The notes below the pieces were generated by a model. The model saw only the letters and a list, made by a program, of their open reading frames with translations. It had not been told where the DNA came from and searched no databases. DNA of 64,000 nucleotides from Candidatus Obscuribacteraceae bacterium (GTDB lineage Bacteria > Cyanobacteriota > Vampirovibrionia > Obscuribacterales > Obscuribacteraceae), in contig JBGAHS010000011.1 of assembly GCA_044226015.1 (NCBI GenBank), positions 96,001-160,000 of the forward strand, given 5' to 3'. The translations under genes and the position numbers were made by a program. Of the stretch, positions 28,843 to 39,315 are shown in pieces. How positions within the stretch are numbered: the first letter of the stretch is position 1; the number at the start of each line of letters is the position of its first letter.

Positions 28843-30468
28843 TTAGCCAGTTCGATCGTCAACTCCAAATAATGGCAGAACATTATTGCTGTCTTTTGTT
28901 GCTGTACCAGTTCGAATTAACGGCAATTGAATCTTGAATTTTGAACCATTAGGCAATGCTGGTTCGTAAAAGATCTTGCCACCATGAGCATTAACAACTT
29001 GCTTGCACAGATAAAGTCCCAGACCGGTGCCTTGCATAGCCTGATGCGACTTTCCTTTTCCAAATCGCTGAAACAATCTTTCCTGATCAGCTTCCGAAAT
29101 ACCCGGACCAGTATCTTCAATTGTTATCAGCGCAGCATTTGAACTGACTTCAATCTTCAATTGAATCTTTCCATTATCTGGTGTGAACTTGAGAGCGTTA
29201 TCGAGTACATTCTGAAATACTCTTCGTAAAGAAAGGGCATCAGCTTTCACGACAGCATTGTCTGGCATCTCGTGAAGCAAATTGATTCGACGGCTTACAG
29301 CGATTGCATAAACATTATTGAGACAGGAAGAAACAATTTCACAAAGATCGACCGACTCCATTTCTAGACTATCAAGATCTCTTTCAAATCTATAAACATC
29401 AAGAAGGGAGCTGATCATAGATAACAATGTCTTATTGCTATCTCTAAGTTGGATAAGGAGATCTGACTGATCCTCAGAGACTGGTCCCCAGGCTTTTGCA
29501 GCCATAAGTTCTAAAATTCGATTGGCTGCAATTAAAGGGCTCTTGAGGTCATGCGCAAGCGAGGCCATAAACTCCTCGCGTTGATTGAAAAGTTCCAAGC
29601 GTTTTGCGTTCTCTTCCTCTTCCTTTTGGACCTTCCTTATTCGCTCTTCGCTTTCTCTCGATTCTCTCTCACGTCTTTGACATACAACTGCTACAGCGTA
29701 GCTCAATGAACCAAGTGAGAAGATTGTGATAACCATCATGAACGAAAGTCCGTATTGAAACGGCACGTGAAGCATTAATCTGAAAGCGCTGAGGGCAACC
29801 GGAGCGAGTGTAGAAATTAAGACAAGCCTTCTGAAAACATATCCGGCAAAACCTCTATCATTCAACAAAGCAACAACGCCATATTCCGGTAGAGCAAAAA
29901 GAAAGGCTAATCCCAAAGCAAGAAACGGAAGTGCAATAGTCAGCCCCATTGGCGCAAAAGCGCCGATTTTTGTGATGTAAGGAAGTCCTAGAACATATCC
30001 ATTCAAAACAATTGCACTGCCAAATATAACCAGCAGATTGGAAACATATGAAAAGCGAAAAAACTTTGCGCTCCACATAATTTGCGCAAGCCCCATTAAA
30101 ATCAGACCTACAGCAGTACATGGTCCCATCAATTCTGTACTGCTGGCAGTTGGATTTAAGACCTGCGATATTGCCTGGTTAAGCTGAAGTTCGTTTGCCG
30201 TGCATTGCTCAAAGATGGTGCTCGCACCCATCAAAATAGCCGCTGCGGAAAGCGCGTTTCCCACACCAAGGAGAGAATTTTTCCGACTAGCCATGATGAG
30301 ATTGGAGATACCGCAAAGTAAGAGACCAAAGGACCCGCTTGATTTTGCCTGGAATTCCTGCGGCAGCGACGAAAGGTCTATTTGAAAAAAGACAGCCAAG
30401 ATTACTGCCAGCGAGCAAGCGACAGCAAATAATGTGAGTGAAACTGAAACCTTCAAAGCCGAAGCCAA
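28843..30468 (-). CDS. Multi-TM sensor histidine kinase
   Basis: Several N-terminal hydrophobic helices, H-box LAHDLKSPL, N-box NVLDNALKFT, DTGPGI and GTGLGL. Confidence 0.93.
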   Translation of the reverse strand: MASALKVSVSLTLFAVACSLAVILAVFFQIDLSSLPQEFQAKSSGSFGLLLCGISNLIMASRKNSLLGVGNALSAAAILMGASTIFEQCTANELQLNQAISQVLNPTASSTELMGPCTAVGLILMGLAQIMWSAKFFRFSYVSNLLVIFGSAIVLNGYVLGLPYITKIGAFAPMGLTIALPFLALGLAFLFALPEYGVVALLNDRGFAGYVFRRLVLISTLAPVALSAFRLMLHVPFQYGLSFMMVITIFSLGSLSYAVAVVCQRRERESRESEERIRKVQKEEEENAKRLELFNQREEFMASLAHDLKSPLIAANRILELMAAKAWGPVSEDQSDLLIQLRDSNKTLLSMISSLLDVYRFERDLDSLEMESVDLCEIVSSCLNNVYAIAVSRRINLLHEMPDNAVVKADALSLRRVFQNVLDNALKFTPDNGKIQLKIEVSSNAALITIEDTGPGISEADQERLFQRFGKGKSHQAMQGTGLGLYLCKQVVNAHGGKIFYEPALPNGSKFKIQLPLIRTGTATKDSNNVLPLFGVDDRTG

Positions 30469-30557
30469 TTCAAAGTACCTTGAAATCCAAAACTAACTGC
30501 TTGTAAGCATACTAAACAATCAGCCTAAATTAGGTAAATCCGGATTAAAGGATGGCT

Positions 30558-30593
30558 AAAAAAAATACCGCGAGCCTTAGCAGCTCGCGGTAT
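30558..30593 (-). terminator. Intrinsic terminator of the minus-strand pilin operon
   Basis: 11-bp stem ATACCGCGAGC/GCTCGCGGTAT with an A8 tract at 30558-30565 (U-tract on the minus strand). Confidence 0.8.
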
Positions 30594-30619
30594 GTCGCAT
30601 TGAGGTTCAGAAGTCTTAT

Positions 30620-32872
30620 TTAGAAATTGTAAGACCATCTGAGATCCGAAGGGAGAGCCTCGGAAAGTCCAGGTGCAAGTGTTTGAGCAGTTCCAACACT
30701 GCTTCTGACTGCTTCCTGCCACGAAACAGCACGGTATCCAGTACAGCTTGTTACATCAACGCCATTGGTCAGGGTCTGGCGCGGTTGCCATGGCGCCCAG
30801 GGATTGTTGGTGCCCGATGGATGCAATCTGTAGTCGTAGTGAACAAAAGCACCACCACCACTGTTATAACCCGATTGAACGTGAATATTGTTGGCGAAAA
30901 CAGCCCCATAGAAGTTTGCATCATTAGTGATGGTTGCTGGAGAACTATTGTTCATCAGAGAGCCTATGTTCACATCGGCGTAAGGAGCGTCAATGATACA
31001 TCTTTCATTACCAGAGAGATTTATCGCCGTACCAGAACCATAGTTAGAGAAGATGTTTAACTGCTGCGCGTTTCCAGAAGTTTCATTTATGTTCGAGCCA
31101 GCAACAGTTGCATCACTTGGATTGTTGATAGCGATCTGGTTACTTTTTGTCGCTTTGGTGTTGCTCATACCAGTTCGTCCAATCATGTTCATACCAGTTC
31201 CGGTGATGCCATTCATATTTATTGAACTTGAATTATCAACTGACATAGCCACAGCCGGAGGACTGTTACCTTGAAGGTAGAAGTTAACATCATTTTTTGA
31301 GCCAGCAGCTATAGCAGCTTGAGTTGTGGCATCGATCTGAATTTGACTACCACCAGTCAAAGTTAGTGAAGTCATCATGTAATCGCCTGGTGGCAATTGC
31401 ACAGTCTTTCCACTGATATTCCCAAGTGGCAAAGGAGGCATTGAAGCGGTGGTGCTGATTACAATTTTTGCACCATTCGACAATTTAACGGAACCCAAGT
31501 TTGGTGTCGAAGGCGGAGCCGACTGAGGATTTGGAATCGCCGGCTGAGGATAGGTATAGCCAGTAGCTCCGACTTGATTAAATCCTACTATGCCTCCTGA
31601 CCAACCACGACTCGCTAATGGAAGTGCAGGATTGTTTACTGGGTTGCCAGTGCTGTCGGCTACACTAACCATTGTATTGGCTGCTGTTTTGGAATTCGCA
31701 AGGGGATTCCAGATTGAGGAATCTATGCCGTTGCTAACTCCAAAAACATTAGCTTCGATACCACCCGGTCGGCTCTGACTTCCATTAACATTGGTTTGGC
31801 TGTAACTTCCAGAACCCGGGTCACCATTGCCCATAAGAGGATAATATGCGGTGTTTCCACCATTGGAATAAACGTTTCCGTACATTTGCATCCAACCTGC
31901 TGTCGTAGCTGGCTTAGCGTTATATTGCTGTCCTGTGATTGCAAACTGTTGATTGTAAACTGACAAAGGATTGGGAAACTCATAGTGAGCCCCACCTTCT
32001 GCGATACTTCTCGTTAGCCCTGACGCCAGGCTGTGCACCTGACTGATTTTCCCGAGAGTTCCACCATCGGCAGCAGCTTGAGCCATTGCTCCAAGCTGTT
32101 TGGCTGCACTGTTATCTAACGCGGCAGCACCTGCGACCCAGTTACCAGGCGTAAAATTGTAGGTGTTCAAAGCAGATTGTCCAGCAAACACTACTGATGC
32201 TACACCGAACAAGGAGTAGCCGCGCTTTGCTTTGCCGGCATTGGTTGTTGAGGTAGTAGAATAAGTAGGTTGAAGAATAGCCCTCACCCAGCGAGTAGCG
32301 CCAGTGCCCGGCATGGTTGCCTGAGCCACTACCATTCTGTACACGCCCTTGTTGCCGTGTAGTCCGCCAACATTGCCACCAGTAACATTGGTCGCCAATT
32401 CGAGATTCTGGTCATATAAAGAAGAGGGGTTATTACCCGAGTACTGAGGTGTAGCCGGGTTAGGTCCAACAACAGGACCTGGTGGGTTGCCGATTGCAGC
32501 TACCATTACTTTTACAGTTGCATTAGAGCCGGTGCCTAAGACATTCTGCGGTACATCAATCCATGGAGTTTTTGCCCCCAGTGTGGCAGCACTACCGAGC
32601 GACGGGCTAGTTCCAATAACCTGCATGACATCGAAAGTGGTATTACCGGAGTTAATCTGAGCAATAGCATAGTCGATTGCCATTTCAGAAGTGGCTCTCA
32701 ACTTATAGTCTGAATTCATTGTTGTGACGCTATGAAAGAGCGGCATGATCGTTGCGAACATCGCAGAGACCATGAGCATCACAACCACCCCAACAGCCAT
32801 CACCGAGGCAAGTGACATCCCTTTTTGATTTCTTTGTACTCGCATTCGCAATTTCGGATGATTAGGAAACAT
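30620..32872 (-). CDS. PilX-like pilus-associated protein with large C-terminal domain (copy A)
   Basis: Class III signal QKG|MSLAS plus hydrophobic helix (no Glu5); C-terminal APYADVNIG...FYGAVFA...HYDYRL...YRAVSWQEA. Confidence 0.75.
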   Translation of the reverse strand: MFPNHPKLRMRVQRNQKGMSLASVMAVGVVVMLMVSAMFATIMPLFHSVTTMNSDYKLRATSEMAIDYAIAQINSGNTTFDVMQVIGTSPSLGSAATLGAKTPWIDVPQNVLGTGSNATVKVMVAAIGNPPGPVVGPNPATPQYSGNNPSSLYDQNLELATNVTGGNVGGLHGNKGVYRMVVAQATMPGTGATRWVRAILQPTYSTTSTTNAGKAKRGYSLFGVASVVFAGQSALNTYNFTPGNWVAGAAALDNSAAKQLGAMAQAAADGGTLGKISQVHSLASGLTRSIAEGGAHYEFPNPLSVYNQQFAITGQQYNAKPATTAGWMQMYGNVYSNGGNTAYYPLMGNGDPGSGSYSQTNVNGSQSRPGGIEANVFGVSNGIDSSIWNPLANSKTAANTMVSVADSTGNPVNNPALPLASRGWSGGIVGFNQVGATGYTYPQPAIPNPQSAPPSTPNLGSVKLSNGAKIVISTTASMPPLPLGNISGKTVQLPPGDYMMTSLTLTGGSQIQIDATTQAAIAAGSKNDVNFYLQGNSPPAVAMSVDNSSSINMNGITGTGMNMIGRTGMSNTKATKSNQIAINNPSDATVAGSNINETSGNAQQLNIFSNYGSGTAINLSGNERCIIDAPYADVNIGSLMNNSSPATITNDANFYGAVFANNIHVQSGYNSGGGAFVHYDYRLHPSGTNNPWAPWQPRQTLTNGVDVTSCTGYRAVSWQEAVRSSVGTAQTLAPGLSEALPSDLRWSYNF

Positions 32873-32921
32873 AGAGACTACCTCAAATAAAGAACAACGA
32901 CACGACTGACAAAAATATCTA

Positions 32922-33947
32922 TTAGGGTTGTGTGGTGCCCAGTCGGGGTACCAGACACGAAGCCTGACTGTTATTACGCAAATACATTTCCGTTCTTAAT
33001 GGCATGACAGATGCTCGGTGTGCAGCATCCTGGCTCATCAACTGCAGATTCAACATAACGCCAACGAAATTACCAAGTTCGCTTTCATTCGCTCCGTCTG
33101 CACTAAAATCTGTTTGCAGCGGCCCATTCACTGGTCCAAGTGCATACGCATTGTTTCTATGAACATACTCAAAAGCAGCAATCTTGGTCGGGTCTGCAGG
33201 ATTCAGTGGTCCAATGATGCCACTCACCAGGGTTATGGGAGAGCCTGCGGTCATCGATGCAGGCATGTTTGTGTTTGCGACCACACCACCAGCACCTCGG
33301 GCAGGCCACACAGCCATCTGAAGCTGATAGAAATTAACACCATTAGCCTGTGTCCGAGCTTGGTCTGGAACGACTTTGAAAACATAGGTATCCGTCATCG
33401 GCAGATAGATTGTTGATCCGCCAGTGATATAAGGATTGGCTCGTGGCCAGCCATTACTATCAAAAACAGGAACTTGAACCACGAGAGTATCCGGTCCAAT
33501 GCGATAAGGTCCATTTCCCCATGCTGCTGGATAATTCGGTAGAGTTACGTAAAACGGATTAGCTGCAGAGGGGAATGCTGCTGACATGATGTTAGCGCCC
33601 TCGGCAAGTCCATAAGATGGGTCTGTCCCGGTAATAGCACTTTGCCAGTCGGTAGTAACACCAGCCCCGATGGCGCCAGCATAACTGGGAGCATCCATCG
33701 ACATATTGCCCTGAATGTCTCCCAGATTTCTTGCCATTCTAACAATACGACCAATTCTATCTGCGCCGAATCGAGCGCCAGATATATTGTCGGTTCTGGT
33801 CATAAGCTTATTGCTCTCTACTACATTTATAGTGAGCATTCCCATGATTGCCATTGCAACGAACGAGAAGATCAGTGTTGCCACCAACAGGGAGATTAAG
33901 CTATCACCCTTTGCGGAACGAATTTTCTGTTTGATTGTTCTACGCAT
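32922..33947 (-). CDS. PilW-like minor pilin (copy A)
   Basis: Basic leader, KG|DSLISLLVATLIFSFVAMAI, ARFGADRIGRIVRMAR and C-terminal EMYLRNN. Confidence 0.72.
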   Translation of the reverse strand: MRRTIKQKIRSAKGDSLISLLVATLIFSFVAMAIMGMLTINVVESNKLMTRTDNISGARFGADRIGRIVRMARNLGDIQGNMSMDAPSYAGAIGAGVTTDWQSAITGTDPSYGLAEGANIMSAAFPSAANPFYVTLPNYPAAWGNGPYRIGPDTLVVQVPVFDSNGWPRANPYITGGSTIYLPMTDTYVFKVVPDQARTQANGVNFYQLQMAVWPARGAGGVVANTNMPASMTAGSPITLVSGIIGPLNPADPTKIAAFEYVHRNNAYALGPVNGPLQTDFSADGANESELGNFVGVMLNLQLMSQDAAHRASVMPLRTEMYLRNNSQASCLVPRLGTTQP

Positions 33948-33963
33948 TTAACATCCGCTCCGT

Positions 33964-34557
33964 TTAGCTTGTCAAACCATTGTCTGTAATCATCGAACTT
34001 AATCTGTACTCTCGAACGGCGCCAGACGTGTCCAAATACCTCACTGTAACTGTAGCGCTGATGGAATGAATCGGAATTGGACCCGCTTGAATTTCAACCT
34101 TCACGGTGTCGTCACTCAATCCCGTGTCGGGATTGATAGTATGGAACGTATAGGCTGAATGACCCATTACGTACTCATTGCCATTAGTGGTGGTGGTATT
34201 GCCATTGTTCGTGGTCGTGGTACTTCCAGAATAGTCCAGGTTGGTGTCATGCATCAGAGCACGAGGGAAGAGCTCATTGTTTGGATCTCCAGCTCCGTTG
34301 ACCTGGGGATAAACACTTGTCCCGATCGCATCGGAAACAACATCAAACTGTTGAACTCTAAGTTGATCGATACATTCTTGAGCCACGTTCATAGCGTACA
34401 ACTCACCTTGCGTCATGTTGGTGGCACGACGAACTTGTGTATACATCTGAGCCAGTGCGGCGGCGATGATGCTTGCTACTAAAACGGCAACGAGTGCCTC
34501 AACAATGAAACTACCTTTTTTCGATCTCTTACGTTTGGGAGTAATCGAATTTCTCAT
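33964..34557 (-). CDS. PilV-like minor pilin (copy A)
   Basis: Basic leader, KKG|SFIVEALVAVLVAS with Glu5, and AQECIDQLR. Confidence 0.8.
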   Translation of the reverse strand: MRNSITPKRKRSKKGSFIVEALVAVLVASIIAAALAQMYTQVRRATNMTQGELYAMNVAQECIDQLRVQQFDVVSDAIGTSVYPQVNGAGDPNNELFPRALMHDTNLDYSGSTTTTNNGNTTTTNGNEYVMGHSAYTFHTINPDTGLSDDTVKVEIQAGPIPIHSISATVTVRYLDTSGAVREYRLSSMITDNGLTS

Positions 34558-34793
34558 GCTCCATCCTCAAAGGAAGTGATGACAGTAAAACTAAACGATG
34601 CGGGAACCTTAATTCCATTATTCCCTTTAGGTCCTTGGAATCCTAGAGGCTGCAATGGGTTTTGTGAGTTAACTTTTATGTTCAGTGAAATACACAGCCA
34701 GAAAGGTAGTCATTTCAATACTTTCTGGTCACAATCTTTGTGCCACCGATGTTAACCCGACTTAACAATGAATTCGTTTTTGTAAAAATGAGC

Positions 34794-35408
34794 CTAGTGC
34801 TGGATATTCAAGCTTCGAAAAATCCTATCCGCTTCTTTGACTGAGTTCTGTGATTCACATGTTGAAAAACCCAAAATCAGAGTGCTCTCTTTCGTCCCAG
34901 CCAATACAAAACCGTGCTGTAGTATCTCACCCTTCTGTCCTGGCTCTGTGGCGCTCCAGCTTTGTTTTACAAAGTTATGCTCTGCCAGTCTGAATTCGGT
35001 CACGGGAGACTCAGTCCAATTTACGCGATGAGTTTTTCGAATCGAAATCATCGCGCTTTCTAAACTCTCTTTTGCAGAATCAACATGATTCTTTTTCTGA
35101 GGAACAATGCTAATAAGCAAAAAAGGGCGCTGCTCTTTGCTTCGCTTGGGTTCAAAGAAGTAAAAGTTGCAAGAGTAATAATTACGAGAACGGCTTATGG
35201 AGACGTTTTTTGGAACCATTAAGCTAAAGCTGAGAGGTGAATCAGACTTTGTTACAAAAAACTTCTGATCCCCGACTTCTTCAGCAAGCTTGGCCGATGA
35301 ACTTTTTGATTTCGTCTCTTTCTGATTAGCAGCAACTGCCAAAGGCAGATGCAAGCTTGCAAGAAAGGAGAGCAGAACAAAAAATAGACTGGTTTTGAAG
35401 AATCTCAA
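34794..35408 (-). CDS. Exported hypothetical protein
   Basis: 204 aa with a Sec-type signal peptide (MRFFKTSLFFVLLSFLASLHLPLAVA). Confidence 0.7.
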   Translation of the reverse strand: MRFFKTSLFFVLLSFLASLHLPLAVAANQKETKSKSSSAKLAEEVGDQKFFVTKSDSPLSFSLMVPKNVSISRSRNYYSCNFYFFEPKRSKEQRPFLLISIVPQKKNHVDSAKESLESAMISIRKTHRVNWTESPVTEFRLAEHNFVKQSWSATEPGQKGEILQHGFVLAGTKESTLILGFSTCESQNSVKEADRIFRSLNIQH

Positions 35409-35569
35409 TGGCTGACCTGATGCAATTTAATAAACCGAAAATCATCAGTTGAAAAACATATTTTTCCCAAAAGAAAAAAGTTTTCTCCATTTATTGAAAA
35501 AATACGTTTCCCCGACGTTGCCAAGTGGTACAAAAAGTATGTCCCCTCTCCCCCGCATCGGATTTTTCC

Positions 35570-36115
35570 ATGCATACAATCAAACCGCGACGGAGAACTC
35601 CCCCAGGTTCTGCGCGCAGGAGCACATACGGCAATTCCCTCGTGGAAATGGTCGTTGGTGTTCTTGTTAGCAGCATATTCGCTGCAGCCGTGGTGCAAAG
35701 CATGTCACAAGGTCTCTCACTCACGAGTGGAGCCCAGAATCAAGTGGTAGCTTCAAGCATGGCGCAGGAAGTACTCGATGCTGCGCGCAATTTGCCTTTT
35801 GCAACTTTGACCTCATATCAGGGGTCGTGGCCGCTTATCGTGCAGTTACAGCAGGGCGATGGTCCTATTAACTGCCCTCCTTATCCGCGTCCTCTGTTGC
35901 TGGACAATTCTAATTTCACCTATGGAACTTCGCAGTATGGCTCTCAAGCCATCACAAACACTCTGACAGCTAATACTTGTTCTGCTACTGAAGATATCGT
36001 CAGTAACAGCGACAACACTTGCACTGTCACCGTCACCATCAATTGGAGAGATAGCACGGGCAATCATTCATATCAGGTAAGCACACGCATCGCACAAAAT
36101 GGAATCGGAGTCTGA
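35570..36115 (+). CDS. PilV-like minor pilin (copy B)
   Basis: Basic leader, YG|NSLVEMVVGVLVSS with Glu5, and AQEVLDAAR. Start taken at in-frame ATG 35570; the ORF track starts at 35525. Confidence 0.8.
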   Translation: MHTIKPRRRTPPGSARRSTYGNSLVEMVVGVLVSSIFAAAVVQSMSQGLSLTSGAQNQVVASSMAQEVLDAARNLPFATLTSYQGSWPLIVQLQQGDGPINCPPYPRPLLLDNSNFTYGTSQYGSQAITNTLTANTCSATEDIVSNSDNTCTVTVTINWRDSTGNHSYQVSTRIAQNGIGV

Positions 36116-37119
36116 TGAGTAAAGCTGATCAAAAGCAATCTCTAAGAAACCAGCAAGGTGAAAGCCTTGTTGGTTTGCTCGTTTCATTGACGGTTTCTGC
36201 TTTTGTCGCTGCTGGAATGATGGGACTTGCATACCTTAACTCATCTACAAATGTCAGAGCCATCAACAAGTGTGATTCTGTCAACGCCGCTAGAACTGCA
36301 GTAGATCAGATCAGCAATACGGTGCGCTCGGCTCGCTGCGTTGGCAGCATGTGGGGAACGGTTCAACCTATTCAAGTTCCGCCTGTTGATTGGTCAGCGC
36401 TCACCAGTGGCGCCAGCACGAATACTGCCGCAATAAATTTCAATGTATTCCCCAGCCAGGGCAATTCGACAGGTTACATAGACTTTCCCGCACCTGGCGA
36501 TCCGTTTTACGGCAGCAATCCGATCACAGGTAATGGTACTCCCCCTGGTGGCTGGCCTAGTTCTGATGCGTGGGTCAGCGATTCCGATGTTTCAGATCCA
36601 GCAGCAAGATGGCATTGCAGCCAGACCTGTCTCATAGTGCAGGTTCCAGTATTTGACTCAAATGGAATTCCAATGGGAATTCCGTGGCCACAAAATCAGC
36701 CACTACAAAACATACCTGTTATGGACACTATCGTTTATCGAGTTTCACCAGACCTTTCACCTGAAGCACCACCCAACACCTTCAAGATGGAGAAGGCTGT
36801 ATTTCCAGCACAAGGTGTTCCGCGTCCTGCAGGGTATTCTGCGAATTCACAAGCTCAAACTATATTAAAAGGAATCATTGGACCCTTCGACCCGAATGGT
36901 ACTGGCTCTCTCCGCATTTTCCAGTACCTGAGCAACTCAAACCCACAAGCAGTTTGTTTCCAACCTACCACCACAAGCGGTGCCACAAATATAAGCAGCA
37001 TCGGTGGAGTTTCCATAAACGTCGAAGTGCTGAGGCAGGAGGCTGGCAAATCGCATCTTGCTTCTCTCCAATTCAAAAGCGATGTATACATGCGCAACAA
37101 TGTGGCCTTCACAAACTAA
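36115..37119 (+). CDS. PilW-like minor pilin (copy B)
   Basis: QG|ESLVGLLVSLTVSAF, ARTAVDQISNTVRSAR, LIVQVPVFDSNG (shared with copy A) and DVYMRNN. TGATG start/stop overlap with the previous gene. Confidence 0.75.
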   Translation: MSKADQKQSLRNQQGESLVGLLVSLTVSAFVAAGMMGLAYLNSSTNVRAINKCDSVNAARTAVDQISNTVRSARCVGSMWGTVQPIQVPPVDWSALTSGASTNTAAINFNVFPSQGNSTGYIDFPAPGDPFYGSNPITGNGTPPGGWPSSDAWVSDSDVSDPAARWHCSQTCLIVQVPVFDSNGIPMGIPWPQNQPLQNIPVMDTIVYRVSPDLSPEAPPNTFKMEKAVFPAQGVPRPAGYSANSQAQTILKGIIGPFDPNGTGSLRIFQYLSNSNPQAVCFQPTTTSGATNISSIGGVSINVEVLRQEAGKSHLASLQFKSDVYMRNNVAFTN

Positions 37120-37162
37120 ACATGTTCGAACCGATCAAATCCCTCCCCCCAGGAAACAGATC

Positions 37163-39310
37163 ATGATAAAGCGCCGAAAATCCGAAAGAGCTAGCTCGCC
37201 ACCATCATCCAGAGATGAGCGCGGTATATCTTTAGCTACAATCCTTGCAATTGGCACAGTCTCTTCATTGTGGATAACTGCAATGATGGCAATCGTTATG
37301 CCCACATACCAGAAGACAGCAAGCTTGAAATCAGGCACCGCAGCCAGAGCTGCAGCAGAAGCAGCGCTCGACTACACATTGAACCAAATGAACAACTCTA
37401 TATCGCAGGGACAAATTTCTAGTTATGACTGTGACCCGACAACTGTAGGTTCGAGCAAACTGAGTACAATAAGTCCGTCAGCACTTGGTCTTTCCCAGAG
37501 CAATGCCACCATTAAAGTTTTGGTGCAAAACGTAGCCCTGGCAGGACCACAATCAGGCTCTTTGACGCAGCCTATGATTTTCGACCCTCAACTTGCACAA
37601 CTCATTAACAGCGGCAAGTTAGCAAATCCATACAGACAACTCACTGCATCTGTGACTATTGGAAGTGTGACAAAACTTTTGCGAGTGACGCTGGTTCCTC
37701 AATCTGTCCGACCAAGCAACGGCTCTACAAATGGGACGGTTTTTCCGACCATGCCCTTTGCGATATATGGAGTCAACCAAACTGCCTTTGTTGGATCCGT
37801 TGGACTAAATAGTTACGTTGGCAAATCAAATGGACATGGGGCCTACGTGGACCCTCCCGCACCGCGTCCAGCCATGTTAGACCCAAGGGTTCGCGCTGAC
37901 TTCGGAAGTGGTACCACTGTAAATCAGGTGGGCTATGGTAGCAGCTTCAGTGGCATGGCACTGGGCGGAACCCAAATGGAATTTTGCGACCCAATCGTCA
38001 GCGGAACACAGGCAGCAAGCGCAATAGCACAAATGTACAATGCTTCTGCTGTGGCAAAAGCACCCTGGGTTGATGTTTACGATAACGTTTATTCCAATTA
38101 TCCAAACGCAGGTGACGTGAGCAATCCCGTCAAAGGCATCGTTTACGCAGACAAGACTACTGCAGGTTTGCCGGGCTCTGGCTACATTCCAAGAGGCTGG
38201 GATAACTCGACCGCTAATGGGTCAAATCAGAATAGCTATAACAATGTTTTTGGCTTAAGCAATACTATGGGATATTATCCATTCGACCATGCATCATGGG
38301 GTGATGCGAACTACAATGCCTCTACGATGTATCCCAGCGTCGCCGACAATAACAATATGGGAGGAGTGCTTTCAAGCGCACAACAATACTCAAAACCACA
38401 GATTCCGCCAGTTCCCACTTCACCTAGCACCGCAGTGCATTTAGGAAATATCAACCTCTCAGGCTCTGCTCAAATAGTAATCACTAAAGCAGCCCCCATG
38501 CCTACAGCACAAATTGGCAGTATCAGCAAGGGCACAATACTGCTTCCGCCAGGCGACTACAGCATTACAGGGCTGTCGATGACAGGCACATCAAAAATCA
38601 TAATCGACCCAACAGTTCAAAATCCGACAAACTTTTACCTCGAAGGAAACGTTTCCACCAATGCTGCTGTACCCGCAGTAAACATCGCAAACACATGCGA
38701 CATCAATATGAGTGGACTAATTCAAACTCCGGGTACAGCGAGCCTCTCAATAGGCAGTACCGGCTTCAACCTCAGCGGCAGCACTGGGGAAAATGGACAC
38801 GGTAGCACCATAAGCGGCACCAGCACTGCTATCAACAGAACATCTTCTATTAATGAGATTGCGGGCTCAGCTGGATTCTTGAACCTCTACTACAATGGAC
38901 CCGGCTCAGGAGCTTCTGCTGGTTCGCCATCAACACCACCAAGCACCACTTTTGCTTTTAATGGCAAACAGCGAATGACAGTGTTTGCACCAAACGCCAA
39001 CATCCTCATAGGCGCAGGCACAGACTATACGCGCCCGAGCGAGTTTTTCGGTGCTGTGGTTGGCAACTGGGTAACCGTGACTGGACCCCGACTAGCCAAC
39101 AATATTAGTTTCACTGCGTTCCATTACGATGTTAAATTGCGCCCGAATGGAGGAGCATTTACAAACCCAAATCAGACAGTTTCGGTTTGGGGTAATCCCA
39201 CTTCCGGAGACTGGACAATAGCTGGTGGCTACAAGGCAGTCACCTGGCAAGAAGCAAAAATACCGAGCAATGACCCAAGCGCCTGGTCGAATACAAGCAC
39301 CTGGCAGTAA
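37163..39310 (+). CDS. PilX-like pilus-associated protein (copy B)
   Basis: ERG|ISLATILAIG, AAEAALDY, LPPGDY, APNANILIG, FFGAVVG, HYDVKL and YKAVTWQEA. ATG 37163 has an AGGA RBS. Confidence 0.75.
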   Translation: MIKRRKSERASSPPSSRDERGISLATILAIGTVSSLWITAMMAIVMPTYQKTASLKSGTAARAAAEAALDYTLNQMNNSISQGQISSYDCDPTTVGSSKLSTISPSALGLSQSNATIKVLVQNVALAGPQSGSLTQPMIFDPQLAQLINSGKLANPYRQLTASVTIGSVTKLLRVTLVPQSVRPSNGSTNGTVFPTMPFAIYGVNQTAFVGSVGLNSYVGKSNGHGAYVDPPAPRPAMLDPRVRADFGSGTTVNQVGYGSSFSGMALGGTQMEFCDPIVSGTQAASAIAQMYNASAVAKAPWVDVYDNVYSNYPNAGDVSNPVKGIVYADKTTAGLPGSGYIPRGWDNSTANGSNQNSYNNVFGLSNTMGYYPFDHASWGDANYNASTMYPSVADNNNMGGVLSSAQQYSKPQIPPVPTSPSTAVHLGNINLSGSAQIVITKAAPMPTAQIGSISKGTILLPPGDYSITGLSMTGTSKIIIDPTVQNPTNFYLEGNVSTNAAVPAVNIANTCDINMSGLIQTPGTASLSIGSTGFNLSGSTGENGHGSTISGTSTAINRTSSINEIAGSAGFLNLYYNGPGSGASAGSPSTPPSTTFAFNGKQRMTVFAPNANILIGAGTDYTRPSEFFGAVVGNWVTVTGPRLANNISFTAFHYDVKLRPNGGAFTNPNQTVSVWGNPTSGDWTIAGGYKAVTWQEAKIPSNDPSAWSNTSTWQ

Positions 39311-39315
39311 TTAAA

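Noticed and set aside
30620..39310. Shufflon or DNA-invertible pilin cassette
   Set aside because: No recombinase gene and no clear recombination-site inverted repeats were seen. The similarity between the triads is mainly at the protein level.
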